Below are positions 13,846 to 23,447 of a stretch of DNA of 64,000 nucleotides, piece by piece. This stretch comes from Perna viridis (Eukaryota), in contig CM074515.1 in assembly GCA_037379345.1 (NCBI GenBank), positions 10,726,001-10,790,000 on the forward strand. Direction: 5' to 3'. Both the position numbers and the translations under genes were made by a program. The notes beneath the pieces were generated by a model, which saw only the letters and a list, made by a program, of their open reading frames with translations, did not search any database and was not told the origin of the DNA. The first letter of the stretch is position 1. The number at the start of each line of letters is the position of its first letter.

Positions 13846-14656
13846 CTAAGTACTTGTGGGTTAAAATGGCACTTGTTTGAGGTCCAAAAGTTATGATGTA
13901 GGTTGATTGAAAATTAATTTTCTACCTTGGTCCTGGACTTCCCATAACATTACATTTACTCTTATTTAGAACCTTTCACTTTTTTCAAGTGACTTTCTTC
14001 TGGTGGACAGATTGGGATGCTAAAAAGTCAAAGATCTTTCACTTTCTAAAGTATAATGTCAATGTTGGTGTCAAGAAAATGGTATCTGAGTAGTTAAAAG
14101 AATTTGAAGTTTATATTCCTTACAAGCATTATGATTAGAAATATGTTTCTTATAAGAGAACTGTTTAATATATTAACAGGATGCATTAACATAATTTGTC
14201 CTGGAATTCTGCAGTCCATTGTTGGAGTCCCGTCTTTGTTTTAATTCATACTTGGCTTTCCCTTATGTCTGGTATTAAGTTTTATAATACATAAGAGAGA
14301 CATTTAAGGTGTAAAATTCTGAAGGGATCTATTACACAATGTCTCATCTTAGTAAACCTATCTCAACATCTGTCATCTATGTGATAAAGTTACTCATAAT
14401 TAAAATATTTACACTAACTTCTATAGGAAAAATTTGTTCCAATCTGAAAAATTAATTTTATTTGTAGTTTTCATTTTGAGATTGAATTGTGTATTTACCT
14501 TCAGGTGTCCCATGTGGATTCCAGTTGTTGTATATTCCTTTTAATGTCTGTCATCATTTGCCATGTATTGCTTTGAAAGGTTGTGACCTTTTTCAGATTG
14601 ATAAAAATAAACTATTGTGTTTATTTCATTGAAGAATGAAGAATTGAAAGTTGGCA

Positions 14657-15594
14657 TAATCATTTGAGCTGAGCTAGTGGCAATTTTTTTGTAGCTCAAT
14701 CAGTCGTGTAAAAATTCTTAGTACCGGTAACATCCAAACTTATGATAGGCTGCTGGTATGTTGTGTTAACATATTATTTAGAAAGAAAATTAAAATTTAG
14801 ACTGAATTATGAAAATTGGTCCTAAGACGTTATACGAATGAAGTAAACCTGTTATTAATCAGTGTTATTAGTTGTCTTACAATGGTGGGAATCCACTCAG
14901 AATCAAGATTACAAATTGGTCAACAGAAAAATTCAGAATTCCCTTTCTCTTTCTTGAAATTCTTTGAATTCCTCAATTAATTCTCAGTTTAATTAATTAC
15001 ACTACACCTAATAGTGTGAAAGATTGAATGGTTCAGTGGAATGGAAAATATCAGGATTTTAGTTTACAACAAGAAACTCTACTTCACACTCTCTGGTTAA
15101 AGCTAGGAAGATTCTAACTTACAGCAAAAACTCTACTTCACACACTCAGGCTAAAGCTTGGAAGATTTTAGATTAAAACAAAAAAACTGCTTCACACTCT
15201 CGGGCTAAAGCTTGGAAGATTTTAGTTTATGACAAGAAACTCTACTTCACACTCTCAGGCTAAAGCTTGGAAGATTTTAGATTACAACAAGATACTCTAC
15301 TCCACACTCTCGGGCTAAAGCTTGGAAGATTTTAGATTACAACAAGAAACTCTGCTTCACACTCTCAGGCTAAAGCTTGGAAGATTTTAGATTACAACAA
15401 GATACTCTACTTCACACACTCAGGCTAAAGCTTGGAAGATTTTAGATTACAACAAGAAACTCTGCTTCACACACTCAGGCTAAAGCTTGGAAGATTTTAG
15501 ATTACAACAAGAAACTCTACTTCACACCTGTCATTTTATACCTGATTGGTTGAGCTACAAAAAGGGTGCCACTTGCCCAGCTCACACATGATTA
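14657..15594. mobile_element. Putative inverted-repeat-bounded (foldback/MITE-like) element enclosing a satellite array
   Basis: 14657-14714 and the reverse complement of 15534-15594 align with 34/41 identity over the ungapped core, and share an outer TAATCAT. Confidence 0.6.
15053..15527. repeat. Satellite/minisatellite, 55-bp unit, ~8.6 copies
   Basis: Consensus GGAAGATTTTAGATTACAACAAGAAACTCTACTTCACACTCTCAGGCTAAAGCTT, with a HindIII site in most units. Period checked 15241 to 15296. Confidence 0.96.
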
Positions 15595-16164
15595 AATATA
15601 CAATAAAAGTTTGCAGGTTGTCTGGCAAACACATGATTAAATTCCAATCATAATTTTCCCAAAAGAAAGCAAATTATTTAAATGGGTAGCTATCACTGGA
15701 CAAGGGGTGGTCTGTTATTATTAAACTATTTACAATTTTGTATAAAATTTCAAATGAACACACTTTTTGAAATATTTAAAGTTATTGATTCAGTATAATT
15801 AAACAATTGACTTATTGATAGAGGCTGTCAGTAAGTTAAATTGTGAAAATCGGGCAGGTGGTTAGTATCTCAGCTTACAATGTGGACAGGGCATTAAAAT
15901 TTACAGATATAATCTTGCTGGCTTCTTTATGAATGTCTGTAAGTTTAAAGGTAAGACATTTTTCATTTATATTCTTAATTTACTATTAAGACAATGATGA
16001 TGTAAATTTATAGAGAAAAAATACCTTCTCTATCATATCAGTCAGAATCAAAATGTTTCATTGCATTGTGAATATTTTTTTATCTCAAGTTCATAAAGAA
16101 GAATTATTTATTTATTTCCCATGTCATGAAAATAATTTTAGGCTTTAAGGAGTTGTTGCTGTTA

Positions 16165-16755
16165 CTTTATATTCACTAAAGAGGGACTATATTATAGGTG
16201 GTATATCACCTTATCTATCCTTCAATCATTGAATAGTTTTGGCTCCCAATGGATGGATTTATGGCTTTGAAAGTGGGGCATATTTTGTAAGCAATTTTTG
16301 TTGCTATCAAATATCAGCTTCCTGCTTTATGGAACTTTTTTTCAGTTTTTTTTTTGCAGTTTTTCACCATATGGATTGAAATTTTCGTCACAAAAATCTT
16401 AGCTCCTAATGGATTGGTATTTAAATTTGGTATACTAGGGTCCAGGTGATGGTGTAATGGGTGTACGCCCCCTTTTAAAGGGGAAAAAATCATAATCTGC
16501 TACTTATTGTATTGAATATGGCAGTTTACCATTGTTATTCATTAAACATCTCATAATCTGGTATCCTTTTATACTGATTCTAGTAATTACGACTCCACTT
16601 CATAAAATCCCGGATCCGCCCCTGTGTATGGCTTGATATAGATTGGGCATAAGTTGTATGCAATTTTGTGTGCTGTTCAATATAAAACTTCCTGTTCAAG
16701 TGGCAACATTTGCGACTTCGTATTATTTGACCTTCGTCAGAGTACTGATTGTTTT
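16165..16755 (+). mobile_element. Degenerate HINE-like element with core homologous to the 6847-7241 element, interrupted by a MITE
   Basis: CACAAAAATCTTAGCTCCTAATGGATT...AAATTTGGT[insert]GTATGGCTTGATATAGATTGGGCATAAGTTGTATGCAA...TCAATATAAAACTTCCTGT aligns with 7074-7188. 3' hairpin TGAC-CTTC-GTCA is followed by ATTGTTT. Confidence 0.65.
16435..16624. mobile_element. MITE (GGATCCGCCCCTG end) nested in a HINE core repeat
   Basis: Right end CGGATCCGCCCCTG is intact and the left end CTAGGGTCCAGG is degenerate. Removing the insert restores collinearity of the host core with 7074-7188. Confidence 0.7.
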
Positions 16756-17615
16756 AACCATTAATTTCAAAAGCAAAGTTATTTACTTCCTGTAAACTAT
16801 GTCACTTTAATTGTGGATACAATATTGCAATAAAAAATGCTGTCTCCTCATCCTTGAGAAATAGAGAAAAAAAGCTCTTTATGTTCTGGTAAATAAAGCT
16901 AAGATTCTCACCACAATTCTCATCCCTATGTTGACCTTGATATCTGATCGTTTTGACCTCCAAATTATACTGCTCTCACATTATTGATGTATTATGGCAT
17001 ACATGCAAAATTTGATATAAATCTTTGAGACAATTTGTTAACAACATTATAATCACCTGACACTGCATAATTACCTGATATTAGTTACCTGTCATGGTGG
17101 TTACAGGTATTACACATCAAATGATAGGTGATACAACCACATTATAATTCTGAAATTAATCAAGAAATTTAGAATTTATGACCTGAGGTGATTCAAGCAC
17201 CCTACATTAGACTGTAATATCACACCTTGTCTGTAGTTTTATGGAAATGGATTTTATGGAAAGAATCAAGATTTTTATAGTTTAATGCATTGACACAATT
17301 ATTAGGGATGGTTCTTCTGGAAACCAGCGGTCTGGATGTGATGGTAGTATCCAGACATGTTATATTTATGTTTCTGCCTGCAATTCAGATGATAGTTTTT
17401 ATTACCTTTACATTCATGTTTCATAAGATTTTGTCAATCCCTTCCAATATAGTTACAAAGATTTTTTTTCTGCATGAAGTGAATGCTGATGCCCAAAAGC
17501 ATTGTTCATCCTGGCATGGGCATTGTCATATGCTTGCAAGTCTTATGCCTGACTCATAATTCACTTAAACGGGTGAGGTTTGTCTAATCCAGCTTCAGAA
17601 TGTTTTGTCTATGGC

Positions 17616-18502
17616 ACACCAGAATATTCCAGAGTTCTGTATAATCTGACACCAAAGTATTCCAGAGTTTTGTATGATTCTGACACCAAAGTATTCCAGA
17701 GTTCTGTATGATCTGACTCCAGAGTCCTGACAAAAGTATTTCAGAGTTCTGTATATTCTGACACCAAAGTATTCCAGAGTTCTCTATGATCTGACACCAA
17801 AGTATTCCAGAGTTTTGTATGATCTGATGCCAAAGTATTCCAGAGTTCTGTATATTCTGACACCAAAGTATTCCAGAGTTCTGTATGATCTGACTCCAGA
17901 GTCCTGACAAAAGTATTTCAGAGTTCTGTATATTCTGACACCAAAGTATTCCAGAGTTCTCTATGATCTGACACCAAAGTATTCCAGAGTTTTGTATGAT
18001 CTGATGCCAAAGTATTCCAGAGTTCTGTATATTCTGACACCAAAGTATTCCAGAGTTCTGTATGATCTGACTCCAGAGTCCTGACAAAAGTATTCCAGAG
18101 TTTTGTATATTCTGACACCAAAGTATTCCAGAGTTCTGTATATTCTGACACCAAAGTATTCCAGAGTTCTGTATATTCTGACACCAAAGTATTCCAGAGT
18201 TCTGTATGATCTGATTCCAGAGTTCTGTATATTCTGACACCAAAGTACTCCAGAGTTCTGTATGATCTGACACCAAAGTATTCCAGAGTTTTATATAATC
18301 TGACTCCAGAGTCCTGACAAAAGTATTCCAGAGTTCTGTTTAATCTGACACCAAAATATTCCAGGGCCCTGTCCTGTTGGTCCTGTATGATCTGACGCCA
18401 GAGTATTCCAGGGTCCTGTCCTGTTGGTCCTGTATGATCTGACACCAGAGTATTCCAGGATCCTGTCCTGTTGGTCCTGTATGATTTGACACCAGAGTAC
18501 TC
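17616..18502. repeat. Complex satellite: 33-bp monomer with 177-bp higher-order repeat, switching to a 47-bp variant at the right end
   Basis: Monomer TCTGACACCAAAGTATTCCAGAGTTCTGTAT(AT/GA). A 45-bp variant (TCTGACTCCAGAGTCCTGACAAAAG...) starts at 17712, 17889 and 18066 (177-bp spacing) and at 18299. 47-bp units with a CCTGTCCTGTTGGT insert start at 18344, 18391 and 18438. Confidence 0.97.
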
Positions 18503-18602
18503 CTGAATTTTTTTACTTTTTGGGTTATGAAATTGAAAGTTGCATCTTTCTTTAACCATCTTTTGAGTGCTAAATTTGTTAGCAACTTCTTGCACTCTTA
18601 AT

Positions 18603-18704
18603 TTTAGTACTTCATATTCACATATGATTTGCATAATTATATATTACAACTCCTTTAGTACTTCATATTCACATATGATTTGCATAATTATATATTACAA
18701 CTCC
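18603..18704. repeat. Perfect tandem duplication, 51 bp x2
   Basis: TTTAGTACTTCATATTCACATATGATTTGCATAATTATATATTACAACTCC at 18603 and 18654. Confidence 0.95.
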
Positions 18705-18785
18705 ATGTTATGCTGTATATCTGTTCTGTGTTTACCACCATCTAGATTCATACAAGATAAAAGTGTACCTCTTAAATATCCTGCA

Positions 18786-19203
18786 CATGAGTTCTACGTG
18801 TGTTTCTTGCTCGTATGAGAATGGGAAGTTTACATGAAATGATCGGTTAGCATTAAAAATTACCCAGTTTCTGATTCAGGCACAGGGACTCATTACAAGA
18901 CTATACAGGTCATATACATTAGCAGGGCCCTAATATCTATAAATTGTCATTGCCAGTTGTTTAATCTGGTTCCTAATCTGGTTCCCTGGTCAATATCATA
19001 AGCAACTCAAAGATTGCTAAAATGTAACTCTTTTAAGAAATATCATACACATGTCTATGTGTGTTTTTTGCGTGTATGAGAACAGGAATTTTACATTAAA
19101 AGATGAAATGATCAGTTAGCATTAAATTTATGTATTTCTATACATTATCAGGGCCCCAATACCTATGTATAGCCATTGCCAGTTGTTTAATCTGGTTCCT
19201 GGT
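18786..19203. repeat. Older degenerate local duplication (~200-bp and ~155-bp copies)
   Basis: Shared blocks TCTA(C/T)GTGTGTTT..GTATGAGAA, ATGAAATGATC(G/A)GTTAGCATTAAA, TATACATTA.CAGGGCCCC and CATTGCCAGTTGTTTAATCTGGTTCC occur in both 18786-18990 and 19050-19203. Confidence 0.85.
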
Positions 19204-19691
19204 AACCAGTTGTTTTGATTGAAAACATTCGGGTCATCACTGTTACGAAAGAGTAATAATATCAAGGGAACCAAGATTCTAGGGGAAGTTACCCAATTTT
19301 AGAGCATATTGCATTAGTGCCATTTTGGATGTTGAAAGTACACCCAAATCAGTGGTAGAGAGTTTCTGATTTTTTTTCTGACAAGCTGTCTTGTACATTA
19401 ATAATTTTCTGGTCCTTATGCATGTTAGGTAAACAGATTAATTGTAATACTTGGTGAATGGTTGTGGATGTAAGACCCACAGAGACAGCATCAAATGGTT
19501 ACAACATGTTATGAGATGTTTTTTTTTCCTAAACCAAGGAAGCATAGCATCATATATTGACAGATTTGATACCTAGATAGGTGATGTTTTGGAAAAGGTG
19601 TAGATTTTACCTTGTATTATATACTTTATGTCCAGGGTAGGCTTTTTATGTTACTTTCAATTGTTATTTGTATGTGTACTGGTACTGATAT

Positions 19692-19785
19692 GCAACTACC
19701 AACTTTTAAATCATGCTTCTGAGGATCAAACGCACGACCTCCATTTATCATTTATGGCAGCCTGCTATCATTAGATCACTAAGAC
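19692..19785 (-). mobile_element. Degenerate tRNA-derived SINE 5' fragment
   Basis: The minus strand reads TAGTGATCTAATGATAG (A-box-like)...GGAGGTCGTGCGTTTGATCCT (B-box-like, consensus GGTTCGATCC), followed by GATTTAAAAGTTGGTAGTTGC, which resembles mollusc SINE bodies as I recall them. Confidence 0.5.
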
Positions 19786-22700
19786 TTAAGTTCTTAAAAA
19801 TTAAAAAAAAATGTTCATGAACAAGGAATTCCTTTCAGGTGTGCTTCACTTACTTGTTTCAAGCAATGTTAGTAAATACTAACACGTCTATTTCCATATA
19901 AAGCAACCAATATTCATCTATAGGACCCCTCAGTGTAAACTATCTTGATTAAATTAAGCCATGGCAGTACATTAAATGTTATGTAAACTGGATTAGATTT
20001 AATAGATTATAACAGGTGCAATAACATTAACTGATTGTTACTGAATATAAAATACCAAATTAACTATCAAATTCCATTCTGAAAAAGAACATTAAAGGGT
20101 GTATAACAAACTTGTCATGTACATATAATGAATATAGGATCAGAATGTCAGGGTTTGAACAGAGATATTAATTGGTAGACTGTCTTGACCTCCTGAACAG
20201 GTACTCTTGCACATTTTGTTAATGTGAAGGATTGTCTTAACCTTTCTGTGATCCATGTAGCAGGCACTGTTTTGTACCTGAATGACCTTGACACTAGCTA
20301 TCTTTGGTAGTGGTAATTATTTTGGACTAAGCAAACTGCACATACCAGTGTATCCTTGGCTTTAGAATAATTTAGTGGTTTTAAAGTAAGGTGTCCAGGA
20401 AAAATAAAATAACTTCTTATTTTAGTTGGTTATATTGTAATCAGACCACTTCTAACCAGGATGTACATGGCAACAGTATAAAGTGATATACTGTTTAGGT
20501 ATTCTGTGTTGTCTTTATGTTCAGGGGGGGGGGGTCCTGAACCATTAGTCTGACTTGTCCTTAACTTGTATTCAGGAATCAACCAATTTTTGTGAAAGAG
20601 CAATCCCCTACAAGACAGCTTTGAAGAAAACACTAGAATTTATTCAAATTTTGTGGATCCTTAACAGCATATCTGTGTACTATATTTAAGACTAGGGAGA
20701 CATTGTATGTTAGTTCTTGCTGTTAGTGTTGTATCTTGTAGATCCTTTACAATGCTATTCATTTTTTTTGCCATGTGCAGTTTTCTAAAATCAATGAAGT
20801 CAAACATCCTATCATCCACATGTATGAAGTTTTTGATATGTCCAATTACTGATTGTAGATGTTTAGTGAGGAATTCATCTGTTTTGTCCCAACACCTTGA
20901 ACATGTTTGTTTTCTTTGGTTATAATGGTGATGTCATGGTGACTAGATTAGTCCAATTACCAGAACCAGAGTTCTAATGAAGTGTGAATGTTATCTTATG
21001 GGAATGATTAATTTCCTCTCTGATTATAATCATTACTGTATTGGCTCAAGGGCAAGAATTTCATTTCAACATGTTTTATTAAAATCAAGGGAAATTATCA
21101 CTAGAAAAGCTATTCAGAGGTTTTGAAAGTTCAAGGTAAAAGATGTGAAAATTCACATGAACAAATTTGAAAAGTGTGTTGCCTTTCTAGCAACTGAGCA
21201 AATGTCTCTCTTACAACACCAGTTTTTAACATTTCATAAAGTTTCAAATGTGGCTTGCTTGACACCTTGTATTTTCACATCTATTAGGTTTACCTTACCT
21301 TTCAATTTCACTTTAAAAGAACATCATATATTTCTATTTGGGTTGGGTTATGACCTAAGTGCTGGAATAAATATCAAACAGACCCAGACAATACTGGTAT
21401 CAAATGTATTTTATGAGTTGGTTCATGTATTTACAACTTTTTAAATTAAGAATTTTGATGTAAATATGGCAGTGACACATGCTAGAATAATTTCTAATTT
21501 TTAATTTTATAATAAATCATATTTTTTTCCTTTGAAATAGTGATATCCAATTATAAAAATATTTCTTATAAACTCTCAACATGCAAAGCTGTAATGAATC
21601 CATATTCATCATTTGCCTTTTAAAGATGTTTATATGATAAAAACTAACTTTTAATTTAAAAGGTTTTGTCCTCATTTGTGCTTTCTATTGTGTATAAATT
21701 TAAAATTGGAAGTTTATGTGGTTTTAATTAAAACTCTAAAATATATGCAGACCTTTAATATTGATATGCAACAAGACTTATAAAGCTAAATGCCATAAAT
21801 TAAATTAATCAGTGATGTTTTGATAAAAATGTTCTGCAATCACATACATTCAATAGTTACATAATAATATAACCTGGATTGTGAAGAGGTTGGTATAAGA
21901 TCTTATTCTGTGGTATATCTAACCTTTCTTTCATGGTTTGCCCCTAGGTTTCATACTGTGTGTTGCCCATAGTTCTGCTAAGCTTACCAATATTACTGTG
22001 TGTTGCATACCTCTTTATATTTAAATTTGATGCTGAAATTGCTGCCATTTATTAATCTAAAAACATATGTTAAGAAAATGCTGCATGCTAATATGCTCCA
22101 CCCACCTTATGTGATAAGACTTAGGTAGTACTATTCGATATTCAGACAGAAATCATGGACAGTCTATCTGTCACAAATAAGACAATACATGTATTTTGTT
22201 GTAAAAAAAACTCTTTTTAAACTGAATTCATTCATCATTGTGTTCTGTGGTCATGTAACTGTGGTAAGTACAATGTTAACTGACCATGTTACTGTCACTC
22301 TTAATCACATGATAGACATGTGATGTAATAGGTAATTAATCCAGATATCAGGTGCTAACAGATTCCTGACTGAAAAATTAAGTAGATGCTGTTGATTAAA
22401 ATATTATCCAATATTTCTACTGTATTTTTTTCCTATGTTTTCAAAAAGGTAACTAATGAACATGAGTTATTTCTATAATTTCTTAGTTACTTGCTGTTGA
22501 AAGAATAACAAATGTACCTATATTTCAAAAACAAGAACTTAAAATTTCCATGAATTTGCAGGTTGGACATGTTTAATATAGTAAGATAATTATTATATGA
22601 ATGACTAGACTTGTATACTACAGTGGCATTAATCCTGGCATTAAGTCGTGCCATGGGCCATGTTATATATCATACCACTGTGTTTATTGTCATATACCCT

Positions 22701-22834
22701 GTATATTGTCTATCATAGATTATCATATTTATCAATATTTATACAAATCATCAGCTGATTTCAAGATAACAAATTAATTGCAGTTGTCCAGTTAGGAATA
22801 TTTATTGATAATTTTACACCATGTTTTGTTGGAT

Positions 22835-22871
22835 CATGGAAGTATAATATCTAGACATATATACTTCCATG
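22835..22871. mobile_element. 37-bp palindromic DNA-transposon remnant with 7-bp target-site duplication (P-superfamily-like)
   Basis: CATGGAAGTATA-ATATCTAGACATA-TATACTTCCATG has a perfect 12-bp inverted repeat and is flanked on both sides by GTTGGAT (22828-22834 and 22872-22878). Confidence 0.8.
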
Positions 22872-22910
22872 GTTGGATGAAGTTTTTAAATATAATCAGG
22901 ACGGACATAT

Positions 22911-23447
22911 AAATACCCCAGAATACCCAAGAATACACAAAAATGGCAAAGAATTCCTGAAAATATATATATAAAACCTTCAAACTTATTCAAATATATA
23001 TTAATTTGGTGAGAGATGATGTTTTTATTCAATTTTTGTTTTTGTTTTTTTTTGTGTTATTGCTTTTATTTTTATTTTATTTTATTTTTTTTTTATGTGA
23101 TCAGTTACGCCATGGTAATTATGGCAAGCCATTGTAAAATTTATTCCATATTTATTGATATATTAAAAAAATCTAAAATATTTGTTCATTCAATGATTAT
23201 AATATTGATGATTTACTCACTGATGAGACATTTTTAATGTATGATTAACGCAAAACCGATTCAAATAAAGATTTAATATTTGACCAAGTTGCACCAGTTT
23301 TTCATTGTTTTAAAAAAAAATCCTTTCAAACATGTCTCAGTAGAAAATATAGATTTTCTATAATTATCATGATTATTCTGAAATGTTCTATGGTATACTT
23401 AGGTATTTTTTGGTGTTCTTGGTATTTTGGGATATTATTAGATATTT
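22911..23447. mobile_element. Degenerate foldback-like element with convergent 10-bp periodic subterminal arrays
   Basis: Left array: AAATACCCCA GAATACCCAA GAATACACAA AAATGGCAAA GAATTCCTGA. Right array, in opposite orientation: TGGTATACTT AGGTATTTTT TGGTGTTCT TGGTATTTTG GGATATTATT AGATATTTC. No clean outer termini or TSD found. Confidence 0.45.

Noticed and set aside
17584-18634. Longest ORFs (230 and 238 aa, minus strand) as protein-coding genes
   Set aside because: They are read-through of a satellite whose units are mostly multiples of 3. Several overlapping frames are open and there is no recognisable domain.
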